Position numbers and translations under genes: made by a program. From Octopus vulgaris (taxonomy: Eukaryota): a stretch of DNA of 64,000 bases. Shown piece after piece: positions 15,231 through 30,271 of the stretch. The DNA lies in NCBI GenBank assembly GCA_951406725.2, contig OX597814.1, positions 61,876,001 through 61,940,000 of the forward strand, given 5' to 3'. A model generated the notes under the pieces. The model did no database searches. It was not told the origin of the DNA and saw only the letters and a list, made by a program, of their open reading frames with translations. Numbering within the stretch: the stretch's first letter is position 1; each line of letters starts with the position of its first letter.

Positions 15231-16538
15231 ATATATTTATATATATACACACGCATTCACAAATTGAACTCGAAAAGAGAGCAACTTTGTGTTGAGGAGT
15301 TAAACTGATTTCTTGAGATTAATGTCATTTACAGTTATAAATGAGAGATAGAGTTTCTCACTTCGTACTGAACTATTTTGCTGACCAGGAAGGGATGACT
15401 GTAGCTATGATTTATTACTGGACCTTATTTTGTCTATCACGAAGGGTGGCAGGCAAAAATCATCTCGTTAGGATTTGGACACAGAATGACAAGACATAAA
15501 ATTATTTAAAGGAATATCCCTCTTTACTAAAGTAGAGAATAAACAACACTGTCACTTTTATGCATGAAAATAATTTCTAAGCATACACAGTACAATATGG
15601 ATACATAAAAGCACAAGAACATTTCAAGAGGAACACGTTAGAGAATTCATAAGAACCGTAATGTCGTAAGAGTACATTTTTATCATAGAAGATGTTGTAT
15701 CACGAAATTAATGGTCATACTTTATAATTTACCTAAGTGTGAAATTCCGTAACTTGAGGTAGCCATAACACTCAGGGTGACTGTACTTTAAAATACCATG
15801 GTCGAAGTTCTATCTCACCGTTTTAGGTTATCCAAAGATTATGTATTCTTTGTGAAAAACAATCCCATTTAACTCGTTATTCGATCTTCATACTTTCTTA
15901 CATTACATACAAAAGCTTTCTTAAATACTCTCAACGCATCAGGTTTACAATAATGGGAAATGGGATTACGTGACATTTATTTATTGTAAAATAGTAACAG
16001 CAGTTTAAATGACCAGAAATGAATTTTACACCACTTCTGGTTGTAGTGGTTGTTCTTTTAAGATATCAGTTTGCATTCTACTTCTGAATTGCAATTTCTC
16101 TATAGTGTTGACCGAATGAAAACATCGAGTTTAAACTTGCAGAATCTTAGATTTCAACGGTCATAGTGACTGATCTAAGACGAAAACTCAAAAGTTATTC
16201 AAGTGACGTGCTCTTTCGATTGAAAAAAAAATAAAACAAAACAAAGGCAATTTTTCTAGCGGAAGAATTTATCTCTTGTTAGTTCTTGTACAGTACTCTA
16301 AAACAAATTACTATGCAAAAGTCGTATCAACCACTATATAGAAGAGATTAACATAGGTTTCCTTTTTATTCTCTTGCATCTTTTTCCAGTAGGTTATTGG
16401 TGTTTGCTTTCTTTCTCGTGACTTAAAAGGAGATCGATTTGAATTACAAATGCATTAAGAATTTCTCAATCAGAAAGATATCAAAAATCCTTCCATGACA
16501 ATAAAATGCACATCCACTATACCACTTTACATACGTGT

Positions 16539-16613
<75 letters not shown>

Positions 16614-17177
16614 ACAGGTTAAGGTTCATTACAGCTGTTTCAGGCGCGTAAGAAACACAGCTCTGTCCAAATCGGTAAACAGAAATGAAAATAAAACAAA
16701 AATAATTTCACCAGCAGAGAATATAGTGTAACATAATATGTATTATGTCACACTATGTAGTGCACCGTTCTGTTTACTTGGATACTCTAGGAAAAAAAAC
16801 CAAAGATAAATAAATATGCATGTGTGTGTGTGTGTTTGTGTGGTGTGTATACATATGTATGCATAAATGTATGTATGCACGTGTGTGTGAGAGAGAGTGA
16901 GATAGAGAGTTATTGATAGTACCTAAAAGAAAATGCTTCTTTTCCATGGAGCTTGGTGAATGTAGCTTTGACTAAAAGGAATTGATGTCATCCTTAGTAC
17001 CAACGAGCCGAGTGTATGATGAACTCGTAGTCGTCGTAAAAGGGAGTTCTGTGACATTCACAATAGCGAGTAGCATATTTGCTTTCGAGTCTGCCTGAAC
17101 TTATTAACAATAAATATGCAAATCATCGCTTCAGATCTTGTTGTGCACAGTGCAAACAACGATATTTGCGCTCGCGC

Positions 17178-17226
<49 letters not shown>

Positions 17227-17882
17227 CTTCGAAACGCAGAGTAACTGAAACCATGGCGACTGAAGAAGGGGAATTTTCCTTGTGTTATTTGTCCTGTACT
17301 CTATTTTTTTGTTGTTTAAGAAAAATGTTCAGTTCCTTGCTTTTGTGTTTATGTTTTCGTTTGTCATTGTGTTCAACGTTTTTTTGGTATCCTGTACCCA
17401 TATATGCGTGTATATATACATGTAGAGGTAGGTACGTGCATATATGTATGTATATATGCATATGTTTTATTTATTAATTTATTACATATATATATATGTA
17501 CATATATAAATTTAGGAAATGGCGTATATATGGCTATATATGTTTCCTCGCTAGCGGAACCTTGGAAGTAGTAATCACTATTTCCGAGGTTCTGTTATCT
17601 AGAAAACTTATGTGCCTACTCCAGTCCTTAAATTTGGATTTTTGTTCGCATACACAGTAATCCCAGTTGCTAATTGTAAACTATAAAATAACTTTTTTCA
17701 GCTTATCAGACTTTGACATGGGATAAAATTTACAGCCTTCTACGTCAATAAACTACTATTGTTCCTGAAGCTCTTTTTATACCCTCTAACGACTGCTCGA
17801 AGTTTACTGACTTCCTACATCTGGATTCCTGGATCTTACCTTTATATATAATTATATATACATATATATATTTATATATATA

Positions 17883-18850
17883 CTACCAAATAAGTTAGGG
17901 GTTGTGGATCCAACCCTCTAAGGGATAATACTTATCCAATATACTGTTGGTATACTACCCAAATTATTAATACACAAGTGTTTTTAATTGGAATGCAATG
18001 AACTTATTTATTGTATTAAATGGGTGAAGGTAAAGAAATATTTTACCATTAATTTATATTACAAATAAGAAAATGGAGAAACACATTAGTTGGTTTATCG
18101 GCTTTAGGATATTAAAATGTTGTCTTATTAAATTAGCAAAACTACAACCATAATAACATACATATATACAGTATAAATTCGTTAATCCTAAATATTAATT
18201 CCTTAATGTAAGTGTCCTTAGTTGGTATTGGTATATCCTTTAGCGATGAATCCAACCGTATTATCTCCATTTTTCCAAAAGTATTCATTTTGAGGGACTA
18301 TCATACTATACTTAAATGTACTCACTTTTACCAGCAATACCCCAAGTATTGCATAGATAGTTTATACATATACAAGTATTAGTAATTGATATTCCTCATT
18401 TAATTATTTAACACCAAATAAGTTAGGAGTTGTGGATCCAACCCTCTAAGGGATAATACTTATCCAATATACTGTTGGTATACTACCCAAATTATTAATA
18501 CACAAGTGTTTTTAATTGCAATGCAATGAACTCACTTATTGTATTAAATGGGTGAAGGCAAAGAAATATTTTACCATTAATTTATATTACAAATAAGAAA
18601 ATGGAAAAACACATTAGTTGGTTTATCAGTTTTAGGATATTAGAATGTTGGATGGATTCATCGCTAAAGGATATACCAATACCAACTAAGGACACTTACA
18701 TTAAGGAATTAATATTTGGGATTAACGAATTTATACTGTATATATGTATGTTATTATGGTTGTAGTTTTGCTAATTTAATAAGACAACATTCTAATATCC
18801 TAAAGCTAATAAACCAACTAATGTGTTTTTCCCATTTTCTTATTTGTAAT
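17883..18850. mobile_element. Penelope-like (Naiad-like) fragment with direct and inverted partial duplications
   Basis: 17883-18122 is repeated at 18411-18650. 18652-18850 is the reverse complement of ~18057-18253 and encodes [20 protein letters not shown], resembling the PLE N-terminal SLKNIPIP motif. Confidence 0.65.
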
Positions 18851-18958
<108 letters not shown>

Positions 18959-19080
18959 TATGTATGTATGTGTGTATACATATAAAAAACGCACACCCAC
19001 GCACACACATGTACACTTCTACTCACTTTCAAAATACACGCATATATACATCCATATATACATGCATACATACATACATG

Positions 19081-19850
19081 ACTTCATTTCCCACTTCAAA
19101 GGCTATGCGTTTGCAAACAAAACAAGACACGGTTAATCTCTTTGAGCCCGAAGATGCAGCAAAAAATGTCGTTTCTGTCATATTTCTGTAGAAGACATCA
19201 TATTTGTGATCAGCAGCTCCCCAAAGGTGTCATCAAAATACTACTTCCCAATGGGACATGATGTTGTTGCGAAAACAGTATACATTGTTATCCGGAAAGC
19301 AGATTGTCTTGGGATAACTATAGAGAATCCCGCTGATATTGAATACATACATAAACATCAAAGCTATATTGGTAGAACATTCCCATCAAAACTTCTACAA
19401 AATGCAAACATAACAGGCCGGATATCGTTGGTTGCCACATGCAAGAAATGTTTGCACTGTCATAAAGGTTAGGTACGCTACTAATATGAATATCCCTTCG
19501 AAAATCAGACTGCATGAGGATAATTACGAGCACTTCGAAACCTTCAACTCCCCTTCCCAAATTATCAATTCATATAATAGTTTGTGCACTTGGTTTTGTG
19601 AGTAAATGCCAAAGTGACAATCTGGTGAAGCTGAAGCTTTCAGAAGACGAAATCAACCAGTTGGCATGCACATTACAAATGCAGCGTGTAAGCGGAACTG
19701 TAAAAGTGTACAAGACTTCTCTTAACTTCAGAATGTGAAATTCTTTTTCTATCTACATTCCAAAGATGAAGCTTTGTGTCTTTGTTACAGGAAAATTTTA
19801 ACTAGTTTAAATTAGAAAACACACCTACATATACTCAGGTAGACATATAT
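19081..19850 (+). mobile_element. RLE-type (R4/Dong-like) retrotransposon, 5'-truncated, flanked by (CATA)n
   Basis: [10 protein letters not shown]; KCRFCHISVEDI..ISS.PK..KYY.PMGHDVVAK; IIVCALG; C-terminus SGTVKVYKTSLNFRM*. Related to 3236-4030. Confidence 0.78.
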
Positions 19851-20317
19851 ACATACATGCATACATACATACATACATACATACATACATACATACATAC
19901 ATACATACATACATACATACATACATACATACATACATACATACATGCAATTACTTTGAACCTGTCGATAGCAAATTGCTAGTGCGCTCACAAGGGAAAA
20001 GAAAATTTGAACAATAATTAAAAAGCAGTATATGAAAGGGTGTGTCATCACAAAAGATACCCATCAAGATTCAGACAAGCATCTCATTAGAGCACAAGCT
20101 ATCGAAGAGTAATAACACATTAATAAATGACAGCTATACTAGATATAATCAAAGATACGAAAGTAAATCTTATGGGGATTTATTTTACTGGAAAGTAATA
20201 CATTTGCAATATTTTTTTCATTGAAAACTTTTTCACAGTTCTCGTTCTGTTAACGGCTAAGCGTTCAGGCGAGTGTACTGGCATTGATGTGGCAACATTT
20301 GAAATATTGTTTAGGTA

Positions 20318-20370
20318 AATGCAGCTGATGAAGACTGATCAAACTTAAGTTGACAAACCGGTCCTGCATT
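20318..20370 (+). ncRNA. Degenerate Penelope-type minimal hammerhead ribozyme
   Basis: aatgcag-CTGATGA-stemII-(c)AAA-CCGGTC-ctgcatt. 7-bp helix I, palindromic helix III (ACCGGT), GUC site. The G of GAAA is mutated. Confidence 0.55.
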
Positions 20371-20550
20371 ATCCGATTCTGGGTTGTTCATTTATCGAAT
20401 GTTCCTCCTAGAGGTAAGACAAATTTTTCGTGTTTGTTGCACTCACGCGTCTTTGCCAGTATATACGCAGTGAAGCTTTACAATAGTGTCGTATTTGTAT
20501 CGACTGCTATTTCCAGTAAATATTGGAGCCTTGATGTACCACACATCTGA

Positions 20551-20616
<66 letters not shown>

Positions 20617-20703
20617 CAAAGTAAACTTGCAAGCTACCACACGAATAAAAATATATAGGAAAGAGAGTTTGGAAATGCAGAAGTTTTTTAAAGATGTTTA
20701 TAG

Positions 20704-20746
20704 ACTTGACCGGTTTCACTTTTTTTAGATAAGGATTATCAAAAGT
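20704..20746 (-). ncRNA. Second degenerate Penelope-type hammerhead, opposite strand
   Basis: Minus strand reads actt-TTGATAA-...-GAAACCGGTC-aagt. Helix I is actt/aagt, and the CUGAUGA core has two changes. Confidence 0.4.
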
Positions 20747-21164
20747 AAAATGTAAAGCTTTATATGTACCAGTCATATATTCAATCCCGCATTAAAGATT
20801 GCAGTTGTTGTTTTTTAGCGTTCTCAAATGTTGCACTTTCAAAAAACACATTATCCTTGGATATGTGAGTTTTGTTGCGTTGTCTGATGACGTCTTGACG
20901 TTTACTAAAAGAGTATGGACAGCCATTCTTCATCACAGCTTTTCCGAATTGCATGATACTGGTGTTTTTGCTTCTTACTTTGTTCCATTTACTGCGTATC
21001 CTGTGGATCTAATTTCAAATGAAGGTCATCTTAGCTCTGATGGGCAAGGATGATTTATAATGGATAAATCATTCTGCTTTTCTGCAAAAGTTAAGGAAAA
21101 TGGATCCGATCTCTATGTTTTGGGCGCCAAAATCAAGCAGAGATAGGAAACCGGTGTTACTTTA

Positions 21165-21380
21165 GCACTCCTCGTAAACACACCAGCATCGGTTGTCAAG
21201 CGATGTTGGGAGGACAAACACAGACATACAGACACACAAACATGCACACACACATACATATACATATATATATACATATACGACGAGCTTCTTCCAATTT
21301 TCGTCAACCAAATCCACTCACAAGGCTTTGGTCGGCCCGAGGCTATAGTAGAAGACACTTGCCCAAGGTGCCACGCAGAG
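21165..21380 (-). mobile_element. SINE fragment (dominant family)
   Basis: Matches 4170-4500 sequence. Confidence 0.8.
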
Positions 21381-21570
21381 GAAGTCATTCACATATCTGA
21401 CGAAAAGAAAGCAGAATATTGGCAGCTGTTGAATGCCCTGCATTCTAACCGGTGCATGTATGTGAAGACCAGTAGCCCTGACAAGCTTGCTCCCACCGAC
21501 AGTCCAGATATTTGCTTGTAATGAGCCCCTTGAGCTGGAAGAAGGTTTTGTCCGTTATAGTAGTTAAGAA

Positions 21571-22100
21571 TTAATTGATATCTGGAGCTGTGAGCCGAAA
21601 GCAGTTACGGTTGTGACAGGAGGTAATGTGTTCAGTCAGTAAGTTGATAATTGGAATTGCTGGGTTGGAGGTGTATAGAGAAACAATGTCCAAGTTAAAA
21701 GGGTAATTAATTTTTTTCAGTGTTGACGGGTTAAGAGCTTTCATTTCCTTAATGACTTCGGTGGAGCTTTCAACGTCTCCTGGGAAGGTTTTGAGTGGCA
21801 GCTTAAGAATACTAGATAGAAACCAGGAAATCTTGTGGGAGGATCCGTTAATTCTGGAGGCAATAGGTCTCACTTTTAAATTCGATCCTTGTTTATGTGT
21901 TTTTATGAAGAGACAGAAGGTGAGGAGCAAGCTGTTTTATGTGATGAAGTTGCGCTTAACTTTGTTCGTGAGCCCTCTCACTTCACAGATGTCCGCCCAG
22001 CAGGTGTTTATCGTAGCTTTGAAGCTTCGAGCTGGCTAGAAGTGATATCATTGACATTTTTCGTAAAGTGTAATGTTATTTTAGTGCTTCGATGCTAGTT
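21571..22100 (-). mobile_element. Penelope-like reverse transcriptase fragment
   Basis: KTHK..KVRPIAS..GSSHKISWFL..IL...NLDIVSLYTSNP are PLE RT motifs. Confidence 0.8.
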
Positions 22101-22290
22101 CATCATATTTATTCTTTTCTATAACGCAGAATAGCCACATTTTGTTATCAACAGCTTTCACCTTGACAATTCGGGTTTGTGAATCAACAGTCTAATTGTT
22201 GATGAAAAAATTTTATTAATATAATACCGTATATTTTCACGTAGAAGTTTCACTTTATTTTCCTTTCTTTCTTTCTTTCTTTCTTTCTTC

Positions 22291-22327
<37 letters not shown>

Positions 22328-22417
22328 TTTCTCTCCTGCAGGCTGCCATCTTGAGTTGCATTTACATAAAAGAGGCTGCGAAATAAGTTGACCGAATAAA
22401 CTGCAACGATAACTACA

Positions 22418-22770
<353 letters not shown>

Positions 22771-23324
22771 GCCCTGATGCAGTACCAGGCAGTGGCTCTC
22801 ATGGCTTCTGATCTTAACTGATTGGAAGTGTTATCATGTACATTGCTTTGTCTTGGTATAAAAGATGGGCTACAGCAAATATTCTGCTCAATACCACAGA
22901 TTTGCTTGTCAGTTGTTTGACCTTAACCAATTGACCATATCCCTTAGTGGCTGACGATATGTGAATCTCTGATCACGAGCAGAAGTAGTGGGGGAGCATC
23001 ATAGCCATGTGTTGAGAGGGATTCTTTGGGGTTTGAATAATTCACCTCTGGAAACATGGGTGTTTCGTTCAACATCCTTAAACAACCCTTATTCATGGAC
23101 CTTTTGAGCGGGATGGGCTACTCAACCTGAAGAAAATTCTAACTGGGCCCCACCTGCAAGGTCATGTGCTGTTTATCTTGATATGAGATCACCATGTCGC
23201 GCACATATGGTTGTGGTGCATGTGCCTGATGTACCCTTATCAGACGGGTAGTCATGATGGGTATATTGGGCTTCGTATGTTTTACCCCAGTGTCACTTTG
23301 ATGGCATGAACTGCTCTCTCACTC
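22771..23324 (+). mobile_element. Non-coding insert within (TAA)n, probably the 3' UTR of a TAA-targeting retrotransposon
   Basis: Sharp boundaries with (TAA)n on both sides, adjacent to two R4/Dong-like 3' ends. Confidence 0.5.
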
Positions 23325-23786
<462 letters not shown>

Positions 23787-23808
23787 AATAATAATAATAA
23801 TAATAATA

Positions 23809-23990
23809 AAAAAATATTCAGACAAATACATAACTTGCACTACTAGGCACTGCACACATCCTACGCAGAACACTTTCCATACAATAACCATCAGAGCATC
23901 ACAACAAATCACAGCACATACCCAAGGCACACAGAGCTGCGCTCGGTAGTGAAGTGAAAGCACGCTATAAAAATAAAAATAAAATTACTG
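23809..23990 (+). mobile_element. Second, different R4/Dong-like 3' end in (TAA)n
   Basis: IKKYSDKYIT / LALLGTAHILRRTLSIQ*, then a distinct 3' UTR and TAA repeats. Confidence 0.8.
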
Positions 23991-24015
23991 AATAATAATA
24001 ATAATAATAATAATA

Positions 24016-24065
<50 letters not shown>

Positions 24066-24354
24066 ATTGTTCTGTAGGTTTCTTAGTTTGCATTAAGAAG
24101 TGAATCTTCCCAAATTCTGCAGAATAATGTTTTACTCAGATGGCAGTGTGCACTGTAATAAAATAATAGCGGTGGGGGAGAGGTGGTTCATAATTCTGAA
24201 GTGAATTTTCAACAGCATAAAGGAAATGCGCTTTGAGATATGCATGTATATGTTCCATGAGAGAACATTGACTCTTCTTTAGTTAATGTCGCAAAAAAGA
24301 TTTCAGCAAGTTGAAAGCAACACGTTGCGGAAAAACCTATGTACTACAACATTT

Positions 24355-24393
<39 letters not shown>

Positions 24394-24633
24394 ATTTAAT
24401 GGCGGTGCTCTAGAATGGTCCCGGCCTCTGGCTGAGACCAGTTAGAGAATAAAAGAATGTATACATACATGCATGCATGTATGTATGTATGAATGTATGC
24501 ATGTATGTATGTATGTATGTATGTATGTATGTATGCATGCATGTATGTATGTATATACATATATGTGTGTGTGTGTGCATGTGTGTGTGCATGTGTGTGT
24601 GTGTGTGCATATGTATGTATTTATTTATATATA

Positions 24634-24884
24634 CAGGGTGGTGCAAAAGTAAGTATACAATTATGAAAAAAGAAAATCCGTAAACCCGTACAATACTCAT
24701 TTATATTTATGACAAAAAATTAAAAGTTACGATAAATGTATGATTATAATTATGATAAATGTATAATTATGATTAATAACGCTGAAAATATCTAGAATGA
24801 GGCTAATTTAATGTGCCAATAATTTTAATGAATTAAGTATTATAGCATTCATGTGATACTGCATACCTACTTTTGTGCCCCCTG
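24634..24884. mobile_element. Tc1/mariner-type MITE
   Basis: TIRs cagggtggtgcaaaagtaagtat / atacctacttttgtgccccctg, with TA on both flanks. Confidence 0.75.
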
Positions 24885-25670
<786 letters not shown>

Positions 25671-26393
25671 TATATGATGGGCTTCCGCACAGTTACCTTC
25701 TACCAAATCCACTCACAAGGCTTGCCTAATATGCCGCACACTGTGACTGAACCCGAAAATATGTGTTTGCAAAGTGTGCCTCTTAACCACATAGTCATCC
25801 CTGGGCCTAGTTTGTGCACATTATTTAAAAATAAAATTAGTCAATGGGATTTAGCATTGGGGATGGATTTAGGACTTAAAGTTTGGCTACATTCAACTGC
25901 ATTTTAGTGTGAACATCCTTTCTGCAACTTTTTTGTATGGATACAAAAGTAACAAATATTTGTTTCGTGACAAGGCATGTTGTTAACTGATTGTCAATAA
26001 AGCTGACATTTTTTAAATGGTTAACGTAAGATGTTCATGATGAACGTTATTGAATTTTAGAGTAATTTTATCGTAGTTAGCACATGAATAGTGATTTTGT
26101 ATCTACTGTAAGACATCTAATCCTTTCGTGTTTCCATCAGGTACAAGATCTGATAATATCCTCTGCGATTGAATGATGTCTTTATGCAAAATAAGAAAGC
26201 CATCTCTCAAATGGAATTTCCAGCGCACCATTTAAATTTTAAGAGATGTTTGATATAGTAATTTTCTTTCATGAAGTGTATTATTAATGTTTCTCATCTA
26301 TTCAGTTATGTCATCTTCTTAATTTTCAATATGTTCTCCAATCTACTTTATCATTTCTCTGAATTCTTTTTAATTTGGTTTATCATATTGAAG

Positions 26394-26457
26394 GTGCTGG
26401 ACAGGTAGTAGCCCGTTACAGTGGATAATTCAAGGACCGGTAATATTCTCTTTAATT
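26394..26457 (+). CDS. Class B1 GPCR (calcitonin/DH31 receptor-like), exon encoding the end of ECL2 and the first half of TM5
   Basis: aag|g TGC TGG ... TTA ATT|gtaagt. Translates to CWTGSSPLQWIIQGPVIFSLI, matching the class B 'CW...WIIxGP' ECL2/TM5 motif. The phase 2 to phase 0 exon matches the conserved calcitonin-receptor intron positions. Confidence 0.9.
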
Positions 26458-26869
26458 GTAAGTAAGAAGATAACATTATTTTCTTCCTTTGTTTCAAGTT
26501 AATTTTCGTTACGATCATCCTCTTTTTTGTTACTAATTTCTTTACATACATTTAAAAGACTTTCTACTAGAATATTCGAATAAGTTCTTGTGTCTAAGGG
26601 ATGTCCTAATAATATATTACAGTTTTTTTTTAACTCCAACGAAATTTTGTTTTATTCAATTTGTAATTTTTGTATAGTATAATAAAGGACAATCAAATTG
26701 ACTTGATGACAAGGGAATGGTTCGTCAACAGCTTATCTTTTCCACTCCAATATTTTCTGCATAGAATTCGACCTAAATTTTGTTGATCTGGCTTTAAAAA
26801 TCCTATAATTTGCAAACAACTTGTAGATACAAGCGCTACCAGTTGAAAGCGCCACGTCTTTAGAAGAGA

Positions 26870-29000
26870 CTGCGCACCATTTCAAGGGCTTCCTCTCGAC
26901 GGCATTATTGCACACTGGCCACCCTCACTGACTACTAAGCTTCACTCAACATTTCATTGCTCATCATTTCTTTTTAACCAAATTCAGTGGCTTGCCTTCT
27001 CCATTGTAGCTTGGATATTGCTCATGATGATATTTGCATTATGTTGAGTTAGGCCTGGCGACACAATCATCGCTACATACTGTTTTCAAGGAATCATCTA
27101 CATTCAACTTCAGTTGGATAATGTCCTCCTTTCTAGCCAGCGTCTTCACATTCCACGAGGAGATATACATAAAAGTCGATCTTCTGTGTCCGAGCGGCGT
27201 CCATGCTATCTGTATAGAGAACAGTCAGTTCTACCAGATTTACCATTTTCTTTCCCTCACTCCAGATAACCATATCAGGTTTCTTCGAAACTGGAATGAG
27301 GAAGAATCTTTAGTACCTTGGCAGATCTGCAGCCACCTCCCAACAGCCATTCCAATTTTCATCGTTCATAACATTCTCCGTCAAACGGATTTGCTGTCCT
27401 GTACTAACAAACATGATGAAGTCTCTGGCTGGTTTCCTCGGTGGTTTCTTACCACTGTTAATTAGAGCAATTTGGTTCTTTGCAGATGGGGCAGGTCGTT
27501 ATGAGCCAACTAATATGACTCTCAGAAGGCTGTAATCTCACCTTAAGAGCCAAATTGTGTCTCCAGCTATATCCATTCAACGCTAGTGAACAGTTGGAAA
27601 GGATTTGTTTCAGTGATCCTACTTTCCCGTATCTGCATCTATCACCCTTTGATACCATCCATTTCACAAGGTTTGAATGAGATGGCAAGGCATCACAGGA
27701 TGAACTAGTCAAAGAAAACTTAGTCATAACGAACTCCACTTCCATATTTCATCCCAAATTATTTCAATTACTTCAATTACATTTCCTCTTATCTTGTTTT
27801 TGTTTTTTTCTTGTTGATAGTATTGAATCAAAGGAAGTTCTCTGCTCTCTACTTTCCTTGCCTTGACAGTGTCACTAACAGCAAATCTGCTTTCGTTCTG
27901 CATCATATTTGAAAATGACTTGAAAGGATTTGAGCCAGACCCAAATTCCTTCCGCTCAGTTAGTGTAGCATCCTCCGTGTCTCAGTGTGTATATGAAGAC
28001 AGGATCTCATCAGTTTTTGCTTTCCACTTCCTGACTGTTGGATCACAGTTTATTTCTCTGTCCTTCGACATTTTTAGCATCATTAGCATTTTTAGCACCT
28101 TCCCTTCCAAATAAATTTCAACAATTGATGTCAACAATAATTGCATTGAGCCCCTTTTACGATAAAGAGCTGAGCAGCTCGTTATGCGAGGTAGATTAGC
28201 CATTTCCTTATTGCACTTTTGCTCAATGCACTTTTACTCAATAGCAATGAGCAAACTTGTAGCATTGCAACCTCGTATACAAATAGCGATCATGAAAGGC
28301 GTATATCTACTGTATACCCCAGATTTTATAAATTCTATTACACCAGATTTTATACATGCCAGGTAGTTTTGAACCATCAACAGCTTTTAGTCTTTAGATG
28401 GAGCAGGTTGTTATGAACCACCTAATATGATCCTCAAAAGGCTGTAATTTCGCTGGTAGTAAACCCAGATGAAAAACATATACAAGCGAGGTTACAACTT
28501 AGACACGTTTATTGTGGCCACACGTATATACACAATGGAATGATAAATAGAATGGTTGGTGTATAAAAGTCATAGTCTTCTGTGCTATGCTCCTATCTGC
28601 TAGCTGGTGAGTGTTGAAAGAGAGGCTAGATCACATCTTTAGAGTTCGAGGTCCCAGTGCAGAAGAAGGAAGAGATGAGGTCACGTGTCTGAACCTTTAT
28701 GTTGTGTAACGCCCTCTATCTCTGTATAGCCAGCTTGTTTACCCGCTGTCAAGGGGGTGGGTAATGCGCCTACAAGTCCATCCTCAGCTTGCTTCATATT
28801 CTGCATCCTACGACTTTTATCTGACAATGTTCCAGAGCATGCCCGCGTCCCAGGCTCTTAATTGGTTCTTTTTGACTTTAGGTATACTTTTTCCTACTAT
28901 TTTATATAGCACTTTACATAAATTGCTTTCAAACTCTTCATATATTAACCTTTCAGAAGCAGTAGGTCACAGAACCCTCGGTTTCTTGTGAGCACTGTCG
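26870..29000 (-). mobile_element. HERO-like RLE non-LTR retrotransposon, degraded, in a GPCR intron
   Basis: NLPRITSCSALY..QLLLTSIVE; LPSHSNLVKW..ILSNCSLAL..YSWRHN; KPDMVIWSE..LVELTV; EKASH-IWLKR. Confidence 0.8.
28443..28774 (-). mobile_element. Solo LTR inserted in the HERO-like copy
   Basis: TGTA...TACA termini, AATAAA on the minus strand (tttatt ~28508), imperfect 4-bp flanks aggc/agtc. Confidence 0.5.
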
Positions 29001-29352
29001 GATACATCAGTCTCATAGCATGTAGTTTCTCATTGAGAAGTGATCTTTACTGTAGAATGTATCGATGTGGGGAAAAGAATGTTGTGTTATAGAACTACTG
29101 TTGGGAAGCCGGCTACCCATGAATTATAGAAGACTTTATAACTACTATATCATTTATCATTTTAATTTATAGCTTTCTTCATTGCAGTTTAACTTATTGA
29201 TCTGATGTACGGAAAAACAAAAGAATATTGAAAAATCAATATATTTTTTTCAACTATTCGTTTTTAATACATCACATTGTTTCTGGATGCGTTTAATTTG
29301 ACGCTTGACACTTTCTGTCTAATGACTTTATTTTTATCTTCTTGATTTTCAG

Positions 29353-29438
29353 TGTAGTTTTATCCTCAGCATCAATATATTAAGAGTGCTTATTTCAAAA
29401 TTGCGAGCAACAAACACAGATCGTTATCACCAAATGAG
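29353..29438 (+). CDS. Class B1 GPCR exon, TM5 to ICL3
   Basis: ttttcag|TGT...ATG AG|gtatga. Translates to CSFILSINILRVLISKLRATNTDRYHQM(R), compare CALCR VNFFFLLNIVRVLVTKMR. Phases fit both neighbouring exons. Confidence 0.92.
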
Positions 29439-30209
29439 GTATGATATTTTTATCTCGCTTCTTTCATCATTTTGTTGTTCATGTTCTTGTTCGATTATTT
29501 ATTGTTGTTGGTCAACAAAGTCAGCCCTGATGGAGAAATCAAAGCACTCCAGATAAGACCATATCATTTTCTCTTCAGGATTACAATATCTAGCATGTCT
29601 TTTTTAAGGTGGCAGGATGTAATTTGAGGAAAATTTTGCTGCTATGTCTTGCAGATTACGTGACCACGTTGATACTCTCACGTTACCTCGTCGTTGTTGT
29701 TGCCGTCGTTGTCGTCGCCGACGGCAGTGGTGCCGGTAATTATTTCTGTTTAATTGTAATTATTCAAGAAATATGCACAGTGAAGATACAATATTGTTAT
29801 TTGCAATTGAAATGTTATATTGATACGCCAAGTCGTTCATGTATCGTCTAAATCTACTTAACTGAAACGTGAGATTTCAACAGCATATCATATTCAAGAG
29901 AAACAATCTGCTGGACGACGATTCTCTTTCCTTTGTATCAATATCCATGAAGATTCCACGAGAGAAACTCTCATATTGGCTTTTGATGCAAAGTGCACTC
30001 CTGTTCATATCTCTAGCGGGGAGATAAATCCCCACTACCCCCAGCGCCGAGATCACCAGATCAACCCCCACACACACACACACACACTCACTCACTCACT
30101 CATTCTCACCCACTCACTTTCGATAATTATGGGCGAAATTGATTGTTCAGCAGTGACGTAGACAGAGTGTGTGCCGCGCCCCTCCTGACCTCCAACTCTA
30201 TACACATCG

Positions 30210-30271
<62 letters not shown>

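Noticed and set aside
17222-17272. Possible type II hammerhead (cttcGAAAcgcagagta...CTGAAGAagggg)
   Set aside because: Helix I does not pair convincingly. At most it is a decayed Penelope terminal sequence.
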